From Candidatus Woesearchaeota archaeon (lineage in GTDB: Archaea; Nanobdellota; Nanobdellia; Woesearchaeales; UBA10216), in the NCBI GenBank assembly GCA_018303115.1, contig JAGVYT010000043.1:1-46718 (forward strand): a stretch of 46,718 nt of DNA, read 5' to 3'. Below the pieces are notes generated by a model. That model was not told where the DNA came from. It worked only from the letters and a program-made list of their open reading frames with translations, and ran no database searches. How positions within the stretch are numbered: position 1 is the first letter of the stretch; every line of letters begins with the position of its first letter. Made by a program: the position numbers and the translations under genes. Below are positions 23,214-31,873 of the stretch, in pieces.

Positions 23214-24876
23214 TATTCTTTATTTCAGTCAAATCAATTTCCAAAACACTAACTGGCATTTCCAGCTCCCAGTTAACAAGGACTTTTGGGGAAATTTCCC
23301 CGATTATTCCGATTTCCTTTCCATAAGCCTTTATCTTAGCACCCCTTCCGTCTATGAACGCCTTTAAGTCGGAAGCTTCCAAGGAATAATTTACGCCAAA
23401 ACTGCCCATTACAGCGTCTAGGCACTGCTTTATTTCAGTGAAATCGGTTTTTGTGTGCGATATTGCAAGCGCAAGAACCTCCATGCCAACTATGCGGTTG
23501 CCCTTTCTAATATTCACTAATCCCTGCTCAAATACCCTCTGTGGAAAATCACGGTGCTTGTTTTTGGAAAGCACCTCCATCATAACTGGGGTGAGCCAGC
23601 TTCTTATCACAGAGAAGGTATCTGACATGATGTTTTCTATTTCAACTAACCCCGTGCCGAAGGTTTCCATTTTCTCTTCCATAACAACCTTGTTGCTTAA
23701 GATAGGGCTTAGTATTTCCTGAAATCCAAGGCCAATAGCAATCTCCCTTGCCTTATCAGCAAACCTGTTCATCTCTGTAGCAGAGCCAATAGTATAGCTT
23801 TCTAATGGAGCACTTTCGATGTTGTCAAACCCATACATTATCGCTATATCCTCTATGATATCAAACTGATGCAGTATATCTGCCCTGTAAGGGGGAATGC
23901 TCACAACGTAATTTTTAAACTCATAACCGGCTTTCATGAGCAGCTGCTTTACATCAGAAGTCTTAATATCCAGTCCAGTAAGCTGTTTTATTTGGTCCCG
24001 GTTAATCCTGATTTTCTCGTTAAAAATATAAGGCGTGCGCACTTTTTTACTGCCGTAGTCAATATTCACCGAGTATATTTTATAACCCCTGTCATAAAGT
24101 GCCTGAGCAAAAATATTTGTCGCAAGATATATGGCTTTTTCATCTGTGCCAGTAACCTCAAATAACAGGTCAGTATCGCCTGTTTCCACCTTTCCGGTAA
24201 AGTTTGAATTTATTATTGGAGGTAAGCTCAGAACATTCTTTTTGTTGTCTATTAGAATCGGATACCTGTTAACACCCTTTAATATCCCCCCGTATTCCCT
24301 GCCTTTAGGGTGTTGTTCAAGAATCTCCGCAGGCGTAAGCGCTTTTGAAAATTCAAGAGGGACAAACTTTATTTCATCAGGGGCTTTAGTAGTGTAATGA
24401 ATCGGAAAGTTTATTCTCTTATAAGAATAAAGACCAATCGAAACCTTCTTGCGTTTTCTCCCATAACTCTCATCCAGCTTTTCCTGCAATTGAATAAGCT
24501 GCTTTAAAAAATACCCCGTAATGGGCTTCCCCTTGAAAACAAAGGATGATATAAAAGGCCTGACTTTTTTAACAGAAGGGTCAACAACAATGCGGTAATT
24601 TCCCCTGTTTATTTTCAACTCCGGAATACCAAGATGCGTTTTGAAAACACCCCTGAAAAGCCTGGCAAGCCCTTCAACACTCCAAAGATAAGGCAGGTTA
24701 GTGTCATCAAAGTCAACCTTTACCTCCCCAGTCTTTTTGTCGTAACCATCAACCTCCCCCTTTGCATAAAGCGTTAGCAACTCACCAAACTCGCTTACAG
24801 GAAGCTTCTTACCAAGCAAGTCCTGAAAATCCTTGTACGAAAAGCTTATTGCAGGCATCTTACAACACTTTTTCAT
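23203..24876 (-). CDS. pheT: phenylalanine--tRNA ligase beta subunit (archaeal type)
   Basis: 557 aa with B3/4- and B5-like regions. Overlaps the pheS stop by 17 bp, so the two are cotranscribed. Confidence 0.9.
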   Translation of the reverse strand: MKKCCKMPAISFSYKDFQDLLGKKLPVSEFGELLTLYAKGEVDGYDKKTGEVKVDFDDTNLPYLWSVEGLARLFRGVFKTHLGIPELKINRGNYRIVVDPSVKKVRPFISSFVFKGKPITGYFLKQLIQLQEKLDESYGRKRKKVSIGLYSYKRINFPIHYTTKAPDEIKFVPLEFSKALTPAEILEQHPKGREYGGILKGVNRYPILIDNKKNVLSLPPIINSNFTGKVETGDTDLLFEVTGTDEKAIYLATNIFAQALYDRGYKIYSVNIDYGSKKVRTPYIFNEKIRINRDQIKQLTGLDIKTSDVKQLLMKAGYEFKNYVVSIPPYRADILHQFDIIEDIAIMYGFDNIESAPLESYTIGSATEMNRFADKAREIAIGLGFQEILSPILSNKVVMEEKMETFGTGLVEIENIMSDTFSVIRSWLTPVMMEVLSKNKHRDFPQRVFEQGLVNIRKGNRIVGMEVLALAISHTKTDFTEIKQCLDAVMGSFGVNYSLEASDLKAFIDGRGAKIKAYGKEIGIIGEISPKVLVNWELEMPVSVLEIDLTEIKNIIS

Positions 24877-26371
24877 TCCTTAAGTATTCCAAATCATGAC
24901 TGTACAACTGCCGTATGTCCTTAAGACCAAGCTTGAACATCGCAACCCTTCCAAGGCCGATACCCCACGCAATTACAGGCTTATCCACACCAAGAGGCTT
25001 CATCATTTCAGGCCTGAATATTCCTGAGCCAGCCAGCTCAATCCAGCCAATTTCAGGATGTTTTGCATAAAGCGCAGCAGAAGGCTCAGTAAAAGGGAAA
25101 TACGACGGAACAACCTTAATCTTGTCTGTTTCGCAGAATTCCTCTGCAAACATCCTTAACAATCCAAACAAATGCCTTAAGTTAAGCCCATCACCAACAA
25201 CAAAACCGCCTATCTGGTCAAAGTCGGCATTGTGAGTGGCATCAATCACGTCATATCTGAAACACCTTACAATATGAAAATACTTGCCAGGAATCTCCAG
25301 CTCTTTTGAGGAAAGAGTCCTTGGAGATATTGAGGTATCATGCGTTCTTAAAATCAACCTTGCAGTTTTCTTAACATCAAAGTCATAACGCCAGCCCTTG
25401 CTCCCAGCAACACCCTTTTCATGCGCATGCTTAACTTTTGCCACTAACTCTTTAGGCAAGTCAGTCGCATACTTTGGTTCCTTAACATAATAAGCGGCAT
25501 GAATGTCCCTTGCAGAATGGTCCTGAGGCATGAATAATGCATCCATATCCCAAAACTCGCTCTCAACAACAGGCCCGTTCATCTCCTTAAAACCAAGTGC
25601 CACAAACTTAGCCCTGACTTCCTCAAGAAACCTTCTGTAAGGCTGCTTTTTACCGAAAAAAATTCTTGGAACCGGCGCTCTCAATTCATAGCCCCTCAGG
25701 TTTGCCTGCTTCCAGCTACCACTCTTAAGCATTTCAGAAGTAAGCCTGTCAACAACCTTTTCCTTAAGCTCGCTGCTGGCAGCTATCCTTTTACCCTTTT
25801 TTGTCAGAAAGGCTGCCACGCTCCTTTTAACGCTTTTTTTTATTATGGATTTTCTTATAGACAGATTCTGCACAGCTTCTTTCTGCTTTTCACTAAGCCT
25901 GCCCAACTCCAAAGGGCATTCCCGCAAAAGCGCCTGCTCAGAAAAACCGCTTTTCAACTCACTCTTCCCCTTCTCTGTTATTTCAAAAACAAGTTCCCGG
26001 CCATTTATCATTCCTATAAGCGCCTTTCTTTTCAGCAAGCCTATGCTCACGTTTGCCTCATCTGCTGAAAGCCCTGTTGTTTTAATCAATTGAGAAAGTG
26101 AAAGTGGCTTGAGGCTGGCTGCATGCAAAAATCGTTTCTCCGGAAGCCCCTTTTCCCTGTAAACCCTGCCATTCTTGTCAAGCTCAACCACTTCAACAAG
26201 CTTTTCCTTAACTTCCACAAGAGCCTTCCCCCTAAGCCACTGCAAAGCCCTCATAACCTCAACTGCCTGCATCCCAGAATTCCTGACAACATCCTCAAAA
26301 CCAGAATATTTTTGAAGCAGCGGAAGAACTTCCCTTTCAAGCCTGTGCAGGCCAGCAATTACACTCTTCAT
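24860..26371 (-). CDS. pheS: phenylalanine--tRNA ligase alpha subunit
   Basis: Class II motifs: FRYDVIDATHNADFDQIGGFV and AWGIGLGRVAMF. N-terminal winged-helix repeats. Confidence 0.93.
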   Translation of the reverse strand: MKSVIAGLHRLEREVLPLLQKYSGFEDVVRNSGMQAVEVMRALQWLRGKALVEVKEKLVEVVELDKNGRVYREKGLPEKRFLHAASLKPLSLSQLIKTTGLSADEANVSIGLLKRKALIGMINGRELVFEITEKGKSELKSGFSEQALLRECPLELGRLSEKQKEAVQNLSIRKSIIKKSVKRSVAAFLTKKGKRIAASSELKEKVVDRLTSEMLKSGSWKQANLRGYELRAPVPRIFFGKKQPYRRFLEEVRAKFVALGFKEMNGPVVESEFWDMDALFMPQDHSARDIHAAYYVKEPKYATDLPKELVAKVKHAHEKGVAGSKGWRYDFDVKKTARLILRTHDTSISPRTLSSKELEIPGKYFHIVRCFRYDVIDATHNADFDQIGGFVVGDGLNLRHLFGLLRMFAEEFCETDKIKVVPSYFPFTEPSAALYAKHPEIGWIELAGSGIFRPEMMKPLGVDKPVIAWGIGLGRVAMFKLGLKDIRQLYSHDLEYLRNEKVL

Positions 26372-26519
26372 GCCCTTCAGTTCCCCATCTTTATATTTAA
26401 AGCTTTTGAGGCACTAATAATTGTGCATAATAACTCCCCAATGATAAACTTTAAATATGAGTATTGTTTGGTAGTGATTGCTTTAAGCAATTGTATTAAA
26501 AAAGGGGGTAGGTAGCACG

Positions 26520-27338
26520 ATGATAATCAAAGAAGAATTTTTAAGCAAATTAAGAACCTATTTCTCATTAAACTTATACGAAGTAAGAATATGGACGGCA
26601 TTGTTATCCCGGGGCGTGGCAACAGCTGGAGAGCTCTCTGACATTGCAAACGTTCCGCGTTCAAGGTCTTACGACGTCCTTGAGAGCCTTGAAAAAAAGG
26701 GCTTTTTGTTAATGAAACTTGGCAAGCCAATAAAGTATGTCGCTGTCCAGCCTGTAGAGGTTGTTGAGCGTGTAAAAAAGCACATGAGAAGCGAAGCTGA
26801 AACAAAGATAAAACGCCTTGAAAACATAAGGAACACTGAAATAATAGGCGAGCTCAAAAACCTGCATTCACAGGGGATAGAGCTTATAGATCCTGCAGAT
26901 TTGTCAGGAAGCATCAAAGGCCGGCACAACCTTTACAACCACCTTGATTTGATGATTAAAAACGCACAAAAATCCGTTACCATATCAACGACTTCACAAG
27001 GCCTTCTCAGAAAGATTGAGGGGTTAAAGCCAACAATGGAGAAAGCCAAGAAAAGGGGGGTTAAAATAAGAATAGCAGCCCCTATTACTAAAGAAGCAAA
27101 ACAATCATTAACAGATGTTTCTGATGTGGCAGACGTGCGCCACTCAGACATGAAAGCAAGATTCTGCATCGTAGACGGAAAGGACATCCTGTTTATGGTG
27201 CTTAACGACAAAGAAGTTCATCCAACATACGACGTTGGCATATGGGTGAACACCCCGTTCTTTGCATCAGCGCTTGAAGACATGTTTGACAGCAGCTGGA
27301 GAACAATGAAATCTGCAGCGGAAGTTGTAAAGAGATAA
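26520..27338 (+). CDS. TrmB-family transcriptional regulator
   Basis: N-terminal wHTH YEVRIWTALLSRGVATAGELSDIANVPRSRSYDVLESLEKKGFL plus a TrmB-type C-terminal domain. Confidence 0.8.
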   Translation: MIIKEEFLSKLRTYFSLNLYEVRIWTALLSRGVATAGELSDIANVPRSRSYDVLESLEKKGFLLMKLGKPIKYVAVQPVEVVERVKKHMRSEAETKIKRLENIRNTEIIGELKNLHSQGIELIDPADLSGSIKGRHNLYNHLDLMIKNAQKSVTISTTSQGLLRKIEGLKPTMEKAKKRGVKIRIAAPITKEAKQSLTDVSDVADVRHSDMKARFCIVDGKDILFMVLNDKEVHPTYDVGIWVNTPFFASALEDMFDSSWRTMKSAAEVVKR

Positions 27339-27344
27339 ACCCCT

Positions 27345-27611
27345 TTAAATCAGGTAAACAATCAGAGTAGCCACTCCCACTGCCATCAGCACACCTGAAA
27401 GCGCCAGTATGAGAATATAACCCGGAACATTTACCTTCAAACTGCTTAAAGAAATTTTTGAAGCTTTTTTCTCTTCATCTTTAGTCTCTGCAACAGAAAG
27501 AGCGTTTTCCACTTCGTAAACAGGATAGCCGTTTTGCACAAGAAGCTGCCTTATCTCCGAAGGATTCTTGCCCTTCTTCATCTGCAACGCCACATACTCC
27601 AAAAGGTCCAT
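27345..27611 (-). CDS. hypothetical tail-anchored small membrane protein
   Basis: Soluble N-terminal ~45 aa and one C-terminal TM helix (GYILILALSGVLMAVGVATLIVYLI). No recognisable family. Confidence 0.5.
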   Translation of the reverse strand: MDLLEYVALQMKKGKNPSEIRQLLVQNGYPVYEVENALSVAETKDEEKKASKISLSSLKVNVPGYILILALSGVLMAVGVATLIVYLI

Positions 27612-27750
27612 ATTACAGCCATTACAGCTTTTAATATTTAAGAGTTGCTTTTTTGGATAAAGCAGAGCAACCGTTACCGCTAATATTCGTCGTAGCAGTA
27701 AATACTACAGCTCTTTGCCGCTTCCACTAAAAAAAGAAAACGAAAACAAC

Positions 27751-28770
27751 TCAATACATCTTGTACCTTAAAAGAATCCCAATCCCCCCAAGCGAGTCAA
27801 GCCTCTGCCCTGCCTCGTTTTCCGAGTTTATAACAACAACCTCGCCCCTGACTGCCTCTGCATTTTTCATAAGGGATTCCGCTTCCACGCGGTTTTTGTA
27901 AATAAAAACATCAGTTACCAGGAATGTTTTAACATTTCCCGACTCAATAGCGCCCTCAACGCCCTTTTTGCCGTAAACAGCCAGCCCATCCCTGCTCACC
28001 TCAGTCATAAGCGCCTCAACAAGCCTGCTTTCTTCTGCAGCACGCTGCAGCTTAAGCGCTTCTTTTAACTCCGGCCTCTTAAGAAGCTCCTCAACCGCGT
28101 TCTTCCCAACGCTGCTACAGCTTGCCATGACAATTTTCTTCTTTATAACTTCGTTATTAATCTCCTCAATAAGCTCTTCCTTCCAGAAGGCAGGACTTGC
28201 CAAAATTATTGATTCCGGCTTATAACGCCCGTCATAATCCTCCAGATTTTTTATAAGCTCCCTATAGAAATTGCCGGTAACCGTCTCAACCCCCTTTTTA
28301 GCCACTTTCCCCTTGATTTCGGCAAGAATCTCATACCCCTGGCTCTTAAGCAGGGCAAAAACCGCCTCCTCACGGTCAAGCACAAGAATCAAAGTCTTAG
28401 CCTGCTTTTTCGTGGCAATCTCCAGCCTCTTCAACTGATATTTCTGCCAGTTTTCCTTTGTTATTCCTGCCGTAGAGCCAATTTCAAGGGCCAGTGTATG
28501 ATAGCTGCCTTTAGGAATGTCATCGTTCTCAACAACAGTTTTCCCGCTGATTCTGAGCATTTTTTCCTTAAATGAAACGTCCTCTGCCCCTATTTCCAGG
28601 AATACTGTCTTTTTAGAAGCCTCTTTTTCAGTAGCCTTTATCTTGCGAGTAGTCCTGGAACTAACCGCATCGCCCTTCTCAATGAGCTGCGAAAGGTGCC
28701 ACAGGTCGTCAAGGCTCTGCACGCCAACCACGACCTTGCCATGCTTAAGGTCCCTCTTCAGTATTTTCAT
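27751..28770 (-). CDS. pelA: mRNA surveillance protein Pelota (aDom34)
   Basis: Track ORF trimmed to ATG 28770 (MKILKRDLKHGKVVVGVQSLDDLWHLSQLIEKGD). eRF1-like domains 2-3. Confidence 0.88.
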   Translation of the reverse strand: MKILKRDLKHGKVVVGVQSLDDLWHLSQLIEKGDAVSSRTTRKIKATEKEASKKTVFLEIGAEDVSFKEKMLRISGKTVVENDDIPKGSYHTLALEIGSTAGITKENWQKYQLKRLEIATKKQAKTLILVLDREEAVFALLKSQGYEILAEIKGKVAKKGVETVTGNFYRELIKNLEDYDGRYKPESIILASPAFWKEELIEEINNEVIKKKIVMASCSSVGKNAVEELLKRPELKEALKLQRAAEESRLVEALMTEVSRDGLAVYGKKGVEGAIESGNVKTFLVTDVFIYKNRVEAESLMKNAEAVRGEVVVINSENEAGQRLDSLGGIGILLRYKMY

Positions 28771-28914
28771 ATTGGAAGAATAAAGTGGCAAGTTTTTTAA
28801 TGCTTTCTTAATATTGCACATTCTCTGCAGAATTTACAAATATTTAAATAGACGGATGCCCTATGCTATTAGTATAATAACGCTACTTTTATTAGTATCT
28901 CACTGACTAACGCA

Positions 28915-29379
28915 ATGCCACAAATGATAGAGCAGGCTAGAGAGGAAATGAAGAGGGCAGACCACCTTCTTTACGTCAGCCTCAAGTATACAAGGACTGT
29001 TGACGTTCTTAAAAGCCTTCTTGACAGGCTTATTAACGCAATTGACGCCATTACCGACAACCTTCTGGACTACGCCCTTGAGAAAAAGATGATTAGCGAG
29101 AAGCCGGAAAATCTTGGCCTGAAAGGAGAGCTTGCAAAAAAGACTTTCAAGGACCAGACAATAACAGAAATGGTTGATTTCGGAATGTCCCTTAAGAAAA
29201 TCAACAGGGCAGAATACAAGAGAAGCAGGGAGTTCAGGAGGCATGTAACAATGACGGCAATCACAGACACCGGCATAGTTGAAATAAATATTGACGTGGT
29301 AAAGGAGCATTATTTTAAGACAAAGTCTTATCTTGAGTATGCTGAAAAGCTGATTTTCGGTGAAACTGAACAAATCTAA
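28915..29379 (+). CDS. hypothetical helical protein
   Basis: 154-aa ORF with coding-like composition and no family recognised by eye. Overlaps the next ORF by 20 bp. Confidence 0.55.
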   Translation: MPQMIEQAREEMKRADHLLYVSLKYTRTVDVLKSLLDRLINAIDAITDNLLDYALEKKMISEKPENLGLKGELAKKTFKDQTITEMVDFGMSLKKINRAEYKRSREFRRHVTMTAITDTGIVEINIDVVKEHYFKTKSYLEYAEKLIFGETEQI

Positions 29380-29818
29380 GCCAATAAAAGTAAAAGAGAA
29401 GGCAAGCCTTAAGCCGTTTAAGTCTGTTAAGGAGCTAGACCTTATTCTTTACTGGAGCACTGTGCTTGTTCTTATCATGGCAAATTTCTTTATGGCAATA
29501 GTAATTATTCCCTTCATCCTCCTTGCCTCAAATTTTCATTTTTATCTTATAATTGCACTCTTAGGGATAGTCTTCGGCTACGTCTTCAGCATGCTTGTCA
29601 ACAACATTGAAAACCTTACCCCACACCACCATTTAATAGCTGTTCTGTTCATTCCGGTATTTGCTGTAATCAACCTAATCATAATCTCCACCTCAACCGG
29701 CGGAATAGCAGCCCTTCTCGGAATAGAGTCCAAGGCAGAACCCCTAAGCGTGAGCCTATTATACGTTGCTTCCTTCATGCTGCCCTATGCCGTATCTCTG
29801 ATTAAGAAAAAGTTTTAG
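29360..29818 (+). CDS. hypothetical membrane protein (about 4 TM helices)
   Basis: Hydrophobic segments LILYWSTVLVLIMANFFMAIVIIPFILL, FYLIIALLGIVFGYVFSML, LIAVLFIPVFAVINLIII and VSLLYVASFMLPYAV. Confidence 0.55.
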   Translation: MKLNKSKPIKVKEKASLKPFKSVKELDLILYWSTVLVLIMANFFMAIVIIPFILLASNFHFYLIIALLGIVFGYVFSMLVNNIENLTPHHHLIAVLFIPVFAVINLIIISTSTGGIAALLGIESKAEPLSVSLLYVASFMLPYAVSLIKKKF

Positions 29819-29832
29819 AGAAACGAGAAACA

Positions 29833-31029
29833 TCAACTGCAGTCCTTCTCTTTCTTGCAGTCCAGCTCAACCTTCAACTCCAGAACATGCAGCGTCTTTT
29901 CAGGAGTTATTCTTATGGAGTTGCTTCCTTCAATCACAAAAGCGTCAATGTTCTTGGAGAAGCTACCCCCCCTTGTATCAACAGATATCCGGTGAGAGTT
30001 AAGCTCTATAACGGCATTTTTCCTCTCGCCGTCATCAATGAACTTCAAGATTACAGAGGCGTTTAATGTGTTGTTCTCTATCCTTTCAAACTGGGTATCG
30101 TTTATGTCAAAGAAATAAACAGGGAATATTGGCTTGCGAAGCTTTGTCTTTACAAATATCTGGTCAATTAAGTAGTTTCCTTCTTCTGAAACAAAGCGCA
30201 ACTCATTCTTGCCTTTCACAAAATCCACAGGGTCTATAAACGTCTTTTCAAGGCTTCCGCAGTCTGGGACTTTTGACGAAAGAAGATTGTTGTTAAGCAA
30301 AACCATAAGCTTTCCAACTTCACTAACCCTGCAGTCAACAAGGTATATTATAAACGCTTCTTCTATATTTTCAACATCAGCCTCCTCTTCGCTGACGAAA
30401 AAGGTATTTACAGCCTCTTTGTTTTCAACTTTCTCTACAGTGGCTGCAACCTGCACGTTCCTTATGTCATAAAAATTGTTTTTCCAGAACTGCCATTTTG
30501 CGGGGGAATCAACTGAAAACTGTATCAGGTTTTCCTCCTTAAGCTCTCCAATAGACAAAGGATCCATGACAGTGTTTACCTCTCCCTTAAAAATTTCGTT
30601 GTCGTTAAAAAGCACGGTCAACCTCCCGTCATAGTCATTCACAAAAAAGGTAAGCCTGCCGTTTTCTGTCTTATCCTTGATATACAAGGGAATTGTCCTT
30701 GAGTCTATGCCTGAGCTTTCAATAAAGACGGAATCCACCTTTTTAATGATGGTATCCTCCTTTTCAGTAAAGAGGTTAAAAGACGGTATGCTGTGTTCAA
30801 ATTCGCGTTCCCTTAGCTTTGTAACAGTGCCAGGCCTTTCTTCAAGAAGCACTCCGATTAACTCTTCCCCCCCGCCTGCCGACACCCCTGAATCTTTTCC
30901 TCCAAGAAGCTCCCCCCTTTCCTCAGAAGGCAAAAGGATTATGAATATAAGTATGAAAGCCCCTACTACGAGAACCAATGAGGCTGCAGCAGCCCCTGAA
31001 GGCTGCGCTTTTTTACCTATCATTACCAC
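29833..31029 (-). CDS. hypothetical secreted / membrane-anchored beta-rich protein
   Basis: N-terminus MVMIGKKAQPSGAAAASLVLVVGAFILIFIILL (basic residues, then a hydrophobic helix; possible class III signal KKA/Q). The remainder has no recognisable motif. Confidence 0.6.
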   Translation of the reverse strand: MVMIGKKAQPSGAAAASLVLVVGAFILIFIILLPSEERGELLGGKDSGVSAGGGEELIGVLLEERPGTVTKLREREFEHSIPSFNLFTEKEDTIIKKVDSVFIESSGIDSRTIPLYIKDKTENGRLTFFVNDYDGRLTVLFNDNEIFKGEVNTVMDPLSIGELKEENLIQFSVDSPAKWQFWKNNFYDIRNVQVAATVEKVENKEAVNTFFVSEEEADVENIEEAFIIYLVDCRVSEVGKLMVLLNNNLLSSKVPDCGSLEKTFIDPVDFVKGKNELRFVSEEGNYLIDQIFVKTKLRKPIFPVYFFDINDTQFERIENNTLNASVILKFIDDGERKNAVIELNSHRISVDTRGGSFSKNIDAFVIEGSNSIRITPEKTLHVLELKVELDCKKEKDCS

Positions 31030-31105
31030 GAATATTTACATCGCTAACATATAAAGTTTTTTCTTTTGCCCTTCCGGTCTTATCGGATCAAAAGCTTTGC
31101 TTTTG

Positions 31106-31195
31106 GGATGTCCGGAAATCTCCTGATTTTCGATACATATCAAAAAAGTCCCGACTTTTTTGGATGTTCGGAAATGCAAAGCATTTCCGATACAT
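31106..31195. promoter_or_regulatory. two tandem copies (period 56) of a GGATGT-hairpin-ATACAT module in the divergent promoter region upstream of the RNase P RNA
   Basis: Copy 1 is 31106-31138 (stem CGGAAATC/GATTTTCG). Copy 2 is 31162-31195 (perfect 9-bp palindrome CGGAAATGC-AAA-GCATTTCCG). The stems differ by compensatory changes. Confidence 0.45.
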
Positions 31196-31202
31196 TTTTA
31201 AA
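31195..31202 (+). promoter_or_regulatory. TATA box of the RNase P RNA gene
   Basis: TTTTTAAA lies about 21-28 nt upstream of the first base of helix P1 (31223). Confidence 0.5.
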
Positions 31203-31222
31203 CCTTCCCTGAACACTATTGA

Positions 31223-31532
31223 ATTGTAGGGCAAGTGCTTAACTCCAGGTTCAAACCTAGGAAAGTCCACCCACCACGCCCGCAAGGGCAAAAGGCCGCT
31301 GCTGAGAGGCAGGTGCTGAAAAGTGCGCTCCAGCGAAGAAACAACACGGCCCTTAGTCAAGGATGAGATGGCGAATCAGGCAGCAATGGCTGAGAGTTAA
31401 CCCATAGACGTTGCTAAGGGATTCGGTGAGACAGCTGACCGGCCGGTGCAAGTCTTAAGACGCTTAGTCGTATGTTAAGGCAAACCTTCCGAAAGGGGTT
31501 TGACAGAAGGTGGCTTATCTTTGCCCTACAAT
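31223..31532 (+). ncRNA. rnpB: RNase P RNA (archaeal, type A-like, ~310 nt)
   Basis: P1 is ATTGTAGGGCAA (31223-31234) / TTGCCCTACAAT (31521-31532). CR-I is AGGAAAGTCC (31259-31268). CR-V is GACAGAAGGTGGCTTA (31502-31517). P4 AAGTCCACC / GGTGG-CTT carries the conserved bulged U. A T-run follows at 31532-31537. Confidence 0.9.
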
Positions 31533-31548
31533 TTTTTAACACATAAAA

Positions 31549-31872
31549 ATGCCCGAACAACTTTTCAGGGAAATACGCTCAATAGAACAAGAAGCTGAAA
31601 AAATTATTTCTGATTCAGAGAAGCAAAGCACTGAAATTATTAAAAAAGCCAATGAGCAGGCTGCCGGGATTCTCTCTGAAAAGGATTCCGAACTTAAAGA
31701 ACTTCGCAATAAAACAATAAAAGATGCGCTTAAAGATGCCTCAAAGCTGAAAGAAAACACGCTGGAAAAAAGTAAAAAAGCCCTTGGCGAGCTGAGGGTC
31801 TTAGCCAGCAAAAGAAAAGAGAAAGCGGTAAGCTTAGTCCTTAAGAGCCTTTCGAAACTGATTGGTGGGTAA
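31549..31872 (+). CDS. atpH: A-type ATP synthase subunit H
   Basis: 107-aa coiled-coil protein (IEQEAEKIISDSEKQSTEIIKKANEQAAG). First gene of the atpHIKECFABD order. Confidence 0.8.
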   Translation: MPEQLFREIRSIEQEAEKIISDSEKQSTEIIKKANEQAAGILSEKDSELKELRNKTIKDALKDASKLKENTLEKSKKALGELRVLASKRKEKAVSLVLKSLSKLIGG

Positions 31873-31873
31873 G

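Noticed and set aside
30978-31360. Track ORFs 30978-31229 (+) and 31088-31360 (-)
   Set aside because: They lie in the divergent promoter region and across the 5' third of the RNase P RNA. That region is explained by conserved RNA motifs (P1, CR-I).
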